Assembly (NCBI GenBank): GCA_013239625.1
Contig: MU054212.1
Span: 9,472,898-9,536,897, forward strand
DNA length: 64,000 nt
Source of the DNA: Lama guanicoe
Taxonomy: Eukaryota
Reading direction: 5' to 3'
In this document: positions 42,416 through 55,100 of the stretch, piece by piece
Numbering within the stretch: position 1 is the first letter of the stretch
How the letters are laid out: every line of letters begins with the position of its first letter
Notes under the pieces: model-generated
The model's input: only the letters and a program-made list of their open reading frames with translations
What the model was told of the DNA's origin: nothing
Databases searched by the model: none
Translations under genes and position numbers: made by a program

Positions 42416-42432
42416 TGCCTCCAGGGGGCGCC
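42416..42432 (+). promoter_or_regulatory. Candidate CTCF site TGCCTCCAGGGGGCGCC
   Basis: Close match to the CCASYAGRKGGCRS core. Confidence 0.5.
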
Positions 42433-42824
42433 TGTGGGCTGCTCACTGCCCTTCCCCTCTACCCGCCTCCACTCTCCACCTCTAGTATTTTCAAATCTGT
42501 CCCTTCTCTCTTCAGAACTGACAATGATGTTGTTTCCTTTTTTGCCAGTCAGGCTGCTCCTGGGGATGGGGATGGAACAGGAACCAGGATAGGGTAGCAT
42601 TTTCTCAATGGTCTGTAGGTGGGAACCACGGGGGCCCCATCATGCTGCCCATGACACCCACTCCTCATGTTCACATTGAGGGGTTTCTCCTTTCAGATTC
42701 CCAGGATGTTTCCTGGGGGGAGGAGGCCAGAGAGGGTGTGGAGGGGGGACTGGTCCCTGCAGTGCCCAGTCCAAACAGCTGGCAGCTCTCCCCAGGCTGA
42801 CCCAGCTAATGCTCAAACTGGACA

Positions 42825-43510
42825 CATTTTTTCCCCATTTTATTTTGAAGTCAGACTTACAGAAAAGTTTTGAAAATAATACAAAGAATTCCTGTCTTTG
42901 TTAGTCCCCAAGTGTTAACATAGTGTTAACATTTTAACTCGTTATCTTTATCATTCACCCTTCCTCCACACCGGAATCAGGAAACGAACATTAACAGAGG
43001 GCTATTACCTCGTCCACAGACCATATTTAAATTTTGCCCAATTTCCTTTTTAACTTTTCTTTTTAAGTTTCCTTTCCTCAAATATCCTTTTTAACAAAAG
43101 AAAAATAAAATCTAGCCCAGGACCCAATCTACGGTCATATGTTGCATTTCATTGTCATGTCTCTTTAGATGAGAACAAACCACTGATGTTGCAGGATGTT
43201 CCCCAGTTTGGGTTTGTTTGTTTCCTTGTGACTAAATTCAGCTGTGCGTTTTCAGCGAGAATGAGTGACACTGTATCCTTCTCAGTAGTCATTCCAGGAG
43301 GCCCGTGATGGCTAGGTCTTTCTTTCCAGGTGATTTTAACTTTGATCACAAGGTTAAGGTCATGTCTGCCAGTTTCTCCACTGTAAAATTACTACCTTCC
43401 CCCGTGTAATTTATAAGATTCTTATGTATGTGTTGGGAGGGGGGTTACTTGAAACTATGTAAATACTGTTTCTCATCTACCTCTGACCCTCGAGTTTCAG
43501 CATCCATTGA
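42825..43510 (-). mobile_element. L1MC-like 3' fragment
   Basis: tattttgaagtcagacttacagaaaagtt..ttgcatttcattgtcatgtctcttta..ttttaactttgatcac. Confidence 0.7.
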
Positions 43511-46500
43511 GGACGATTTGGAACATTCCATATAAATCCTCAGTCTTCTGTGTTCCCACTGCTCTTTGACCAGCCAGTGCTAGGAGACAGGCTGGCAAAG
43601 GAGACAATTCTTGTCCTCAGGGCCTTCAGCTCAGGAGGGAGCTACATACTCAGAGCCACGCAGAACAGTGTGAACTAGGGCCCAGTGACGTGGTCCCCAC
43701 TCTGAGGGCAGCAGGAGGTTAGAAAGTAGGTGCTCAGTTTGACCTGGAGCCCCTGGAGCAGAGGGCAGTAGAATGGGAGTGGTCAGAAACTTGGCATAAC
43801 AGGAGAATCTGTGTCCATTAACCCTCTGGGACCGCCCCAATGGGACCCTCATCCCAGGAAGGTCCCTGTCACCCCAGGGGCTCCCTGGGGACTGGGAAGG
43901 AGTCCCAGGCTTTCTTCTGATCTCTGGCAGAGCTGGGGCAGAGAGGCCTTGATAAGAGTGTGCGGGCCTGAGGTCCTTCACTAGGGGATCTTGGGAGGCA
44001 TTCCCCCCACCCGGCACGCCTTCTACTTCATTCAGCAAACATTGAGCACCAGCTGGCTACGGGACATTGAGTTCAGTGCTGAAAGCACACAATGCTCCCA
44101 AGTAGTGCTTGATTAAAGGGGATGCCTTGAGCCCAGAGGCCTCTTCAGGTCACCCTACCCTCAGCAAGAGTCTTCTGCTCCGTCAAGAGCAGAATAAAGT
44201 GGTGAGTAAATACCCCTGCGTTCGCGCCTCCAGGTGACTCTCGTCTGGAGAGGCAGGCTGAGGGCATTCGCAGCGTTCCTCCTCGGCCCTCCCTCTTCTT
44301 CCTGACACTTAGCAGGGAGCTGGGCCAAATCCGTGAGCCCCAGGAAACCTCACTTTGCAAAGGAGGCAACTGAAGCCCAGAGGTAGGAACCTTTCCAGGC
44401 CAGTCCTGTCTCCACTCTCCTGTCCTGGTTAGGCTGTGTGTCTCTGTGAGGATGGAAATAATCAGAGGCTTCCGAGTGAAGACTTTTCACGCATGAGCTT
44501 TGGAAGTGATTGCAAGCCTGGACCCGGCCATCGGGGGCCGGGGCTCAAGCCCCAGCTCTGCCAAACCGTGTGACTTTCAGCGCATCACTTAGGCCCGTCT
44601 GTGAAAAGGAGCCCAGGGTTGTTGGAAAGGGTAACTGGGATGGCGTTGAAGTAGCCAGGACACTGATCAGTAATGGATTCTTTTTAAACAAGGCCCTGTG
44701 TCTCCCCAGCATATCCCCCATCTACCTGAATCATCTTGCAGGTCTTCAAAAGGTCCAGGGTCCTTTGTTCCTCCAGGCTCCCCTCCCTCGGGCTCTGTTT
44801 AACCCCTGCTCACCCTTCAACAACAGGCCCAAGTGTCTCCTCCTCCCCACCCTGGGCTACTGGCCCCCACCTCCACAGTGCTCCGCTGGCCCCCTGCACC
44901 GCCACCACGCCCCGCTGCAGCTGTCTTTTGTTTGTCAGGGCACCTCATACGAGGGGTCGGTGCAGCTGATTTTGAAGTTGGGATCCACTAGTTACTTGCA
45001 GTGTGGTTTGGGGCCAGCTACTTACCTTCCCCAAGCCTCTGATTGTTCATCTGATAGCACCCTGCAGGATGACTCCCGGGATCAGAGAGCACCCCTGGAG
45101 CACACCGGGTCTTGTGCCTGGACGGTGGCGACGTGCCTACGTCTTCATCACCCACGCGCAGCCCGTGTCTCCATGCTGGCACTCAGTAGGCGCACTCTTA
45201 ATATTGGTTAAGCAGGTGAGGGGACAAAGACACTCCCATCCCAAGGTAATTTTCATTTAAAAAATGCAGAACTAATTGAGGCCCAAGTCTGACCCAAAGA
45301 AAAAGCCCTCATGATGGGATCCGAGGTCCTGAGCAGGACTGGCGTGCAGTGGGCAGGTGCATGGAGTCTGCCCAGGGGCCTTCTTCCCAGGGCTGCCTGT
45401 GCGGAGTGAAAATGCCTCACAGCAGCCTTGCTTCTGAGCCTCTCTGTGGACCCCATGGGGCCCCGGGCGGGGAGTGGAAGGGAGACGGACTGACAGCAGC
45501 TGGGTGCAGTGCCCACGGCTCCCAGGGCTGGGCCGCATGAGGAGGTCGGGAGAGAGGGGCCACGGCAAAGATGATTCGTGTGGAGACTCTGGGACGAGAG
45601 GAAGCTTCACGCCTCAATTAGTGGAGTATGGGGCCATCAGAAATGGTTAAAATTTCCCCTTGACTTTGAGTGATGGAGAACCGGTTTGCTTTGCTCTGAA
45701 CAACGTGCTTGAGGCTTTCTGCAGAGTTCAGCGTTCTGGGGGAAACAGCTGACACAGCTCAGAAGGGTCCTGAACTTCAGGTAGCTGCAGAAAGTGTTAA
45801 TAAATATTACATTTATTTCCATTTAATTTCCTCTCCTTGTTAATAAGAAAATGTAATGGGTCTTTGGGTTTTTTCTGTCTCCCTCCATGTGCTCCCTCTG
45901 TCCCAACCACCAGCAAGTGCCACCAGGCAGGGGGAGTCACCGTCAGTCACCTGTGCTCGCTCACCTTTGAGATCCCTGGGCCCAGCCCAGATAATCAGGG
46001 CGAGGAGGGAGGAAAAGGACCAGTACTTAAGTCAGTACTGGCGATGCCATTTCTTAAAGGTAAAATTGATATTATTGAGGAAAGAAAGTGAGAAGGAGGG
46101 AAGGGAGATGGGAGACACAAGAGAAGGGTTGGAGGGGAGTGACTGTGCGGAGAATTAACAACCAAGAGAGACAAGATGCAGAGAGAAATATCCCAGCTTT
46201 GCAGACAGACCTGGGCTGGAACCCTGAGTCCGGGTCATCTCTGCAGGGACTTAACCTCTCTGAGCCTGTTTCCTCATCGGTCGAACAGGGATGGTAACAC
46301 CCACCTGAGAGAGTTAGGTGAGATTATAATTAAGCAGCTCTTAACGGTGTCTAGCTCAGGGCAAGCACTCTGGTAATGATCGCGCCACCAGCCCTCAAAG
46401 GGAAGAGCCCGGCTGGTAAGAGTGGACTGGAAGGGCCCCAACTTCTCGACTCAGCCAGGGGGTGGTCCTGAGCAGCCCCAGCCTGGATTCATCTCCTGGG

Positions 46501-47197
46501 AATCCCACGGGCCAGCTACGGGAGCCGGGAATGTCACTGCCTGGCTCTGGGTCTCCACACCGAGACTGAGGATGACAGCTGCGTTCCTCACACCAACACG
46601 CCCACACCTACAAGCTGAAGACCGGGGTAAACATGACAGCTGATAACCCGGCTGCCCCCGGAGAGAGGAACAGGCAGCTGGGTTCAGGGATGGGAGTGCT
46701 TTACATTATATACCTTTTCGTACTTCTTGAATTTTGAAATATATGCACATGTTACCTATTCCAAAAATTAGATAACATTTTTTAAGCGCAAAGACCAAAC
46801 TAAGGTGTAGCCTGAGGCCATGTGAACCCACAGAGGATGGCTGCAGACAACAGCCCCAGGCCTGTCGGGGACGCTCTCGGGAAAAAGAAAGGACACAGAG
46901 AGAGGAAGGGGCAGAGGAGCATCAGTGAACGGAGGTCCCCGGGCAGGAGTGTGAGCAGTGACAGGTGTGAGCACCTCGACATGACAGGCATTCTCTGGGA
47001 GCGTCATGGGCTGGCTGGGCTTCGGAGAAAATGACTCAGTGGTCTGGTGTCCAAGCTTGCTCCGGCTGGGATGTGAATTGTCAATGGAATGGAACTAAAG
47101 GAAGGGAAGGAGGGAGCGATCAGAGCCTGAGCTCCTCATTCTGAGTATCTGTACTATTGAGGGATTTACAGCTCAGAGGATCCCTGGGGTGGGGTAT

Positions 47198-47355
47198 GTC
47201 TGCGTGTATGTGTATTCCTCACGACTCTTTGGGGCGGGGTGTAGTATGATCCCCTTTTTAGAGATAAGGAAATTGAGGCTCAGGGAGATTAGGTCACTTC
47301 TCCAAAGTGACACAGATGGTATGTGCATCCTGGTCAGATGTCCAAGCCCAAGCCT
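47198..47355 (+). repeat. Local direct duplication, copy 1 (MIR-containing)
   Basis: About 95% identical to 48458-48616. Confidence 0.92.
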
Positions 47356-48457
47356 TCGTCACCCTGATACACCAGTCTCCGGCCCTCCTGGTCTGGGCAC
47401 ACCCTGGTTAGATGTCCACAAAGGGTGCAGGCAGAGAGGGAGATGTTCAGGGTTCCCTGAAGAGATGACGAGTGAGGCTAGTGTGAGATGGGGTGTGAGG
47501 CTAGTGTGAGAGGAGATGGGGTGCTGACGAGGGGCCTGGGGTGCTGGCTGTCCACCAGCTAGGCCTCCGGGGCACCTGGGAGGGCTGCAGACCCGAGACG
47601 GACGGGGCAGGGGGAGGATGTGCAGGGAGAAGGGAAGACAGCTCAGAGACACAGGAGGGGAGTGGAGAGAGGAGGCTAGGAAGTAAAGAACTTAAACCTG
47701 CGAATACTCCTCTGGGGGGAAAGGCAGCGCTGGCTCTCCACTTATTCCAGACGTGCTGTTGTCACTCTAATGGCATCTCCAGAACACGCACCCCTTTGGA
47801 ACACGCCTTCAGTTGTCTGCGGTTTGTTCTTTCCTTCCTTCCTTAACTCAGTCATTCATGCAGGCTGTCTGAATCAATGCGGCCCGAATATCCGACCGCC
47901 AGGAGTGAGCAGCCTTTGGGAAGTGGGATGTCAGTGGCAACTAATAATTTTTGTTTGGGGGGTGGATTCCATTTTGGGAGAGAGGCAAACGGCATTCACA
48001 ACCAAGCCTGCTGCCTTCACTTCGGGCGGGGCTGGGACCCTGAGCTCACTGCCTGAACACCCCCGGTACCCACTGGTGGGGAGTGTCAACTTGGGCTCAA
48101 ACACTGACCCCGCAGACCCCGCACTGGGAGGAGCTGCAGATTTGCCCAGCCCAGCGCAGTGGCCCTTGGAAGGTGGATATTGGGCTGCGAGGCACTCGCG
48201 TGGGTGGGATAGCTTGGGGACATCTGTGCGTCACTGTTTTGGTGCTCTGTGTGCAGGAGAGGGTGGGACCCAGCTCAGAATAGGCAAAACGTCGGATCTG
48301 AAACCCAGAAGGAGATGGGAGCTATTAACTGAAAGGTCTCGGTAAATGGTCTCATATTAACATCACACAGACAGGAGGGTAGAAGGGAGAGAAGGGAATA
48401 GAAAAGTGAGAGAGAAAACATGAGGACAAAGTGGTGGGTGAGGAGCGGAAGGGCTTC

Positions 48458-48616
48458 GTCTGTGTGTGTGTGTATTCCTCACAACTCTTTGGGGCGGGGT
48501 GTAGTATGACCCCCTTTTTAGAGATAAGGAAATTGAGGCTCAGGGAGGTTAGGTCACTTCTCCAAAGTGACACAGATGGTATGTGCATCCTTGGTCTGAC
48601 GTCCAAGCCCAAGCCT
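48458..48616 (+). repeat. Local direct duplication, copy 2 (MIR-containing)
   Basis: About 95% identical to 47198-47355. Confidence 0.92.
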
Positions 48617-48964
48617 GGAGCAGCGGCCGGAGGGAGGCCTGGGCTCCCACCAGGTGCCATTGCCCACCCTTGGGTAAGGCTGGGTGAGGCCACGAGGTCC
48701 CACAACCACCCCAGCGCGGGTGAGGCTGCCCAGCAGTCCAGAGCCAGCCTTGATGCAGCATCGAAAACGTGGAGGGGAAACTGAGGTCTCTCCCAGTGCT
48801 TCGATAACAGGGATTTTCTTTGAGTTGCTGTATGTTAATGCTAAGTGGTGTGTGCACTGGGGTTCATTATGCAAGTATCTCTCCTTTCCACCATGCTTGA
48901 AATAAAAACTTTATAATAATAAGCAAAAAGTCTTTTAACAATAGGGGAGCTATGAAGGAATCAC

Positions 48965-49093
48965 ACACTGCAGGGGGAATAGAGCCGCAGATACAGAGGC
49001 CCGACTGAACTGTGCCATTTAGAGCATCCACGGATTTTGGTATCTGCAGGGGTCCTGGAACCAACTCCCTGCAGGTTCCGAGGGATGACTGTA
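48965..49093 (-). mobile_element. TcMar-Tigger MITE (MER2/MER8-like)
   Basis: gagcatccacggattttggtatctgcaggggtcctggaaccaa..gagggatgactgTA terminus. Confidence 0.7.
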
Positions 49094-50434
49094 CTAGCAG
49101 AGGGATGTAAGCCGCAGAATATCAGCAGAAATTAATGAGAGTTGTGTCCTGGGTTTTCTTAAATAACACTGCAGATCAGGGGTTCTTAACCAGGGGATGA
49201 TGGATGAGGTGTGGGATCCCCGAACTCTCCGCAATCGTGTGCAAAGTGACCTGAGAGTTTTCAGCAACTTTTCAAGGAACCCACAACTTTCCCCCCGGAG
49301 GTTAATAAATTAAATTCGCTCTTAAATGTGCTGTGCATGCATTAGGCACTCGGTGTGTGGTTTTAAATAGGTTTATTTGATAGAACTGGCGTATTCACAT
49401 CTGGGACTTGTGTGTTCATGTCAGTCTCAGTCAACCATGCCTGAAAAGGAGAGGAAGTGGCTGACCCACTGCGCGGCCCGGCTCCTCGGGGGCGGTTCCC
49501 GGGCCCCTACTGCCCCTGCGCCACAGCAGAGGAGGTGGGGAGGATGCTGTGCCAGAGAGAAGGGTGCACAGTGGGGAGGTGGTGACGAGGCACAGGAGGG
49601 GGCTGAGGCTCCCTGGGGTCTGAGGGAGCGACAGGTTGTTGACATCTGACCAACTCAGTGGCTTTTGGCTGCAAATGTCCAACAGAAACCACAGTTTTGA
49701 ACAGTCTAAGGTTTAAAACCCAGAGAATTCCTTAGAAAAGAACTCTCCGCTCCTCACAGGGTAGCATCACCCCCTGGTGTGACATCCAGCCCTTTGCAGT
49801 GAGTTCTTCCAAGAAGTCCAGCTCCTCAGAACCAGCAGGTTAAGGCTGGGTTATTTTAGGCAACAGGGAGGGTCTTATCTTGGAACCATCCCACATGGAG
49901 GTCAAGGCTTGAAGGCCTGCTCCAGGTCCTGATGCCTAAAGGCCTTTTCTCCCCAGGCCAACGATTCCAGAGGCCAGTGTGAGAAACATGGGACTGGCCC
50001 CTGGCCCTGGGAAGAGAGGTGGGAGGGGAGCATGCAACGCAGGGGCCGAGTGCTGCTCTGTGGCTGGGGCTCTGAGCCCTGCCCTCCACCACTCCGCGGG
50101 CAGAAGGACAGGTGGGGGCGGAAGCCATTCCCCTTTCCCGCAAGAGGGCACAGACAGACGGACAAACAAGTCTCCCAGGACTTTCATCTTCTCGCCCCAC
50201 TGCGTGGAGGGAGATGGAGGCCCTTGGTGGGATCTGCCCATTCTTAGAGCAGGCTGGGGCTGGGAAACGAGATGGACTAGAGAAAGGGCTGTCCCAGGAC
50301 AGGGCCTGACAGAGGTTTGTGGCTGGTGTGCACGTCTGGGTGTGCATCTCAGGGGGATCCGCTCCCTCCTCCCCGCCTCCCCTCCCCCAAGTGCTACTTC
50401 CCATTCTCCCTCCTTTGGAACCCTCCCCTCTCTG

Positions 50435-50435
<1 letters not shown>

Positions 50436-50476
<41 letters not shown>
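50436..50476 (+). repeat. (CA)~20 microsatellite
   Basis: Read directly from the sequence. Confidence 0.95.
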
Positions 50477-50477
<1 letters not shown>

Positions 50478-51129
50478 CACCTTCCTCTCACACCTCCTGT
50501 GGCGTTCGGGTCTCTGTCTCTCTGTCGTGCTACAGAGATGGCAGCACTCCAAGCTGCTCCGTCCACAGTACCCTCCCACCAGAACCCTGCCCCCAAGGGC
50601 ATCACCTAGAGCCCTGTCTTCTCCATCCACGCAAACGGTCAATGCAGTGGAAGGTGCAGGACCAAGAGCAAAGCGCTCCAGGGGCGAGTCTGGGCGTGGG
50701 TCCCCACCCTCCTTTACTGTGGTCCCCGTCTTCCCTGCCTTCTTCCCCAACCCCTCACTGCACTTCGCCCCGGCCCCCACTCAAGTCAGGTGGCTCAGTT
50801 TTCCTCCTGTCAGGGAGGAAAGGGGGCTCTCTGTTGGGCTTGGGCACCGTGGCCATCCCTACCCAGGAAACTAGGGGTGGGCTTACAGTGGAGAATTTCA
50901 GGGGTTCACACCAGTCGAGAGAGATTTTTCTTAGTGAGGAGCAGGCCTTCCTTCTCGATGCTCCCATCGCCTCCCAGGAAGCGCACCTCACTGCTTAGGC
51001 TTCAAACCGGGGCCCGGGCAGCACGCAGACTCCATGGACAGAAGGACCCGAGCTACTCCCCGTGGGCCAACTTCAGGGCCCAGAGGCACGGCTGGCCGGA
51101 TTCCAAGAACCACAGACCACCGAAGAGCC

Positions 51130-51160
51130 TTTTATTTTTTTTTTTAAACTGTGCTTTATT
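51130..51160 (-). terminator. CELF4 polyadenylation signals (two AATAAA)
   Basis: Plus-strand TTTATT at 51155-51160 and 51130-51135, followed on the minus strand by GU-rich GGTGGTCTGTGGTTCTTGG. Confidence 0.75.
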
Positions 51161-51964
51161 TAGGGCTAAGCTGGAGAAAGCGTCATCCAATAGTTACAGA
51201 AGGTTACAAGGAGTTTTAGGGAGTTGAGTGTGAAAAGAGCAGTTGTACTGAACTGCGGCTTTTTTTTTTTTTTACAACATCTGGACATCCTAAAAGGAGG
51301 AGCCAAGAGAAAGAAAAAGAAAATTTTAAAAATAATAATTAACCAACAAAATAGAAAGAAAGGAAAGGCAGAAGGCCTGAGAGGAACCAGACAGTTGTTC
51401 TTCTAAAGCAAAAAAGAAAAAGCATGGTAGGTCCGAGAGCCCCCCGGCCTCCAGATGAACTGGACATCGATGAAGAGGGTGTCAAGGCGGAAGGCCAAAT
51501 CAAGTCTTCCCAACGGTGCAAATAAATTATAATAAATATGTTATACTTTAAAATATATGTGTTCTTAAATAATTCAGTGTTTTTTTCTGATTCTGAGTTT
51601 TTTTTAAGCAATGTCTTTTTTTAACTGCTCTAAAGTCATTTACCAAAGATAAATATCGTGCTTTCATTAAATAGTTTTCCTTGTTTTTTTTCTCTATCAT
51701 TACAATTAAAAGTCCTACAAAATATGCAAATTTATTTACAGAAAAACAGAGCCGGCATCATTTAAACATCCCTGTTTTTCAAAATTCCTTGTAAACAGTT
51801 TCAGAAATTCTTCAAAGATTGTTTTTTTTTTTTTCTCTCTCTCGTTTAAGGTTTTTGTGTGTGTGTGTGTTGTTTAGTTGTTTTAAGATGAAAGTTCCCA
51901 GGTCTCCCTTGCCCGGAAAGTCTCTGGAGCAAGCATGGAAGGCGAGTGAAGCAGAAGGTGTCAG

Positions 51965-52150
51965 GGCTTGCGGAGAGCGGGCGAGCGCGCGCAGCTCCCG
52001 GAGCGAAGCGAGGCGAGGGCGGGGCCCTCCCGCCAGCGGCGCGGCCTCCACCGGCGGCGTCGGCGGCGGGCAGCCAGCAGCCCACGGGTCTGGGCGCGTC
52101 CGGCCGGGCCCTCGGGGTCAACGGCGTCCAGCAGCACTCGCGGGGAGAAG
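51965..52150. other. Small CpG-rich island inside the CELF4 3'UTR
   Basis: CpG-dense block (gcgagcgcgcgc...ggcggcgtcggcggcggg) embedded in AT-rich UTR. Confidence 0.7.
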
Positions 52151-55100
52151 GGATTGATGCTCAGTCTAAACTCTACAAAAGTACAGTCCTACAACATCTG
52201 GGATTTTAGCAGTAACGCTAACTTCTATAGGTTTTTTTTTTCCTTTTTTATTTTATTTTTTTATTTTTTGCTTTCTTCTAATTTTTCTTCTATTATATAG
52301 GTATTTTAAACTTCTCCTTTTTAAAATTCTGTACAACTATTATGATTTTAAGAGGGGGGAAGAGTTAGAAGCATTTACAGACTTTGCACAACAATTATCT
52401 TGCCTTGTCGGTCCCTTTTTTCCCCTCCTTGTTTTCTTACACTTCACAGTTAATGAGTTTTAATATTGTGTGTTGCTTTCCCCAAATATCCACCAATTTG
52501 TTCATCTTAACAGCTCCATCCAGACATATAATACAGAAAACCATAGGAAAGTGTCATAGACTTGAATGAGGGTAATCAAAGCGCCTCTCAAAGTATCAAA
52601 GAACTATTATCTTGCTGTTTTAAAAGCATTGAAGCATTATTTTTCCTTTTTTTGTTTTTTTTTGTTTTTTTTTTTGTTTTTGTTTTTTTATTACATTTTT
52701 CATAGAATCGCTCTAAGCTGTTTCAAGAACAGCCAGGAGGCAGGAAGGAGGTTCTCCTCCATCCCCCCTCTATTTGACCTAGAGCTACACGTCTGCAATA
52801 AAAAGTTTGGTCCTTTGGTCCCTAAATAGCTAAAGGAATGACAGATTGAGATGCTCAGTGACGGCCTCCCAGCCGCCCCCTGGGGACCAGGCCCCGCCAC
52901 ACCGCTTGCCCCAGCCTGCCTCAGGCGCCCACGGGCTGGAAAAGCCCCGGGGATCGGGGAGCAGCGGCTCTTCCCAGTTCCCAGCCCGGTAGCCTCCCCA
53001 TCTTGTCTCAAGTTATTTTGTTTTTAAAGTTGCCTTTTTTGTGTTTTTTTTCCTCATTTTTCTTCTTCTTCTTCTTCTTTATGCCATATGTATTTTTCCC
53101 CCAAACACGTGCCCTCTGAACTCCATAGACGCTATACTTCCCTTGAAGAAATGTTAACAGTCACAGAGAGTGTCTGGAGTCTTCAGCTTGATTGATATTG
53201 GCTGATATGTCAAAGGTGTCATCCAACAGTTCTCATTTATAAATATATATAGAGAGAGGTTTGTTTTTTAATGTAGCCCGTTCAGCATCCTGCCCTAAAA
53301 TGAAGAAAATCAGGGCTGATTAAGCCAAGAGAGGAAACACAAAACGCATCCAAACACCAAAAGGAACCTGCCTTGGGGGTTAGGGCGGGAGCTCTGGGAG
53401 ATGGCGGGAGGGAGGGAAGAGACCGGTATGAGAATTAGTCATGATCATGATACATAAAAAAGAAATCGACTCTTCTATTCAGAGTGAGAAATCACCAGGA
53501 GGTCTAGTGGTGATGGTTGTAGCTGAGGTTTGGTTGTCTGTTGGGAGAGGGTTTTCGATTTGGGTTCCTTTAGCATTCTAGAATGAGGGATGGCTAGATC
53601 TAAGGGAAGAATTTGGGACTGTGGGACGTGAATTCATAATTGAACTGATCTCTGAGGGGTCTAGCCCAGATACAGTATGTATACAGAAGCCTAGCAAACA
53701 AGATAGCAAAAATCTAGCAGCCCAGCCCACTCCTCCCCACGATCCCTGACATGAATTTGGCAGAACCCTTGCCCAGTTTCCAAGCCAACCGCCTCTTTCC
53801 CGAGGTCAGTAACTATTTGCGAGGCCATGTATATATACGTATATCTGGATATATGTGTAGAATATATTCACCTGCACATATGTGGATATACATGGGTATG
53901 TGTGTATGTATATGCGCAGATACACACATACACACACACACATACTATTTTTCTCATACATGCCAGGGAATTTAGAGGAAATTCAGAACTTGGAGGAAGT
54001 GGATAGGAGAACCTAAAAGAAGTTAGAACGGATTTGACCATCGAAGTTAAATTAACTCAGACAGTTCTTGATTTTGTTTTGAATGGTGGCTTTTTGGTGT
54101 TTTGCTTTGCATTTCAAAGAAAAAAAATCATGATCTGACTAGAATCCGAAGGAGAATGCTTAATCATTGTGAATTAACAAATGAGACTCGTCTCCATTCT
54201 AGCAGGCAGCTTCCACTTATACATGGGGGTGACTGGTTACATCAAGAAAGTTAGAACTGCAAAGCCCCCAGTTGAGGGGACAACGTCATGCGTATATCAA
54301 TCCATGCTGGCAGGTTTTTCACACTGTTGATTCAACAAACAGCAAACCGTACACAGCAATCTAAACAATTACAACACCAAATAAAATAATAATAAAATTA
54401 AAAAACACTTGTCAAGGACCCTTTTTCAGTTGTAAACAAAAAGGTGCATTTCGCTTTTGTCAGTACTGTTTTGTCCAAACCAACCAAATGGCCCNNNNNN
54501 NNNNNNNNCCTCCCCTCCCCGCATTTAATTTAGCAGAAGTGGTTACAATACAAAAATTATAATTGTTACCGGGCTCTCTCTCTCTCAGAGGCCTCGGGCT
54601 TTGAACTCTAGTTTTTTTGGTTTAGAATTTTTTTTTTTTATCATTCTATGACTGTAGAGATTTGTTTTTGTTTTTGTTTTTCCTTTTGAAGTGAGATTTA
54701 AAATAGCCTAACTGAAAAAAGACCAGACCTCGGAAAGTGTCAATTGAAAAAGGCCCCCAAATTTCTAGAAAAAAATAAAATCACAATAGTTTCAAGTGCA
54801 AGTAAATCAACCACGCATAGATTTTTTTAAAAGATGTTTTCCTTATTTTTAAGAAAAAAAATAATGGTTTGCACAAGTTAAATGATCCCATGTCCGATAA
54901 TCGGGAATTCATCTTTATTTTTTTACTCTTTTTTTTTTTTTGTTCTTTTGTTTTGTTTTGTTTTTTTCTCTATGTGACATCTAGAGAAGCATAAAAAACG
55001 CTGAACAAGAAAAACCAAACAACAGAAAGTAAAACCACTGCAAGCACCAAGAACGAAACGAAAATGAGCACAGCAAAAAAGATTGTGGCAGCACAAAGGT

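Larger units (their letters stand above)
51110..53294 (-). other. CELF4: CELF4 terminal non-coding exon (3'UTR, ~2.2 kb)
   Basis: Minus-strand acceptor gattttcttcattttAG|GGCAGGATGCTGAACGGG at 53294. No recognisable transposons, A/U-rich UTR-like composition. Two AATAAA signals at its end. Confidence 0.8.

Noticed and set aside
44510..45211. 233-aa + strand ORF
   Set aside because: Non-ATG start, spans MIR/L2-like fragments, no protein similarity.
49856..50998. 339-aa and 249-aa ORFs
   Set aside because: They run through a (CA)n microsatellite (HTHT/CVCV) in GC-rich DNA and show no recognisable domain.
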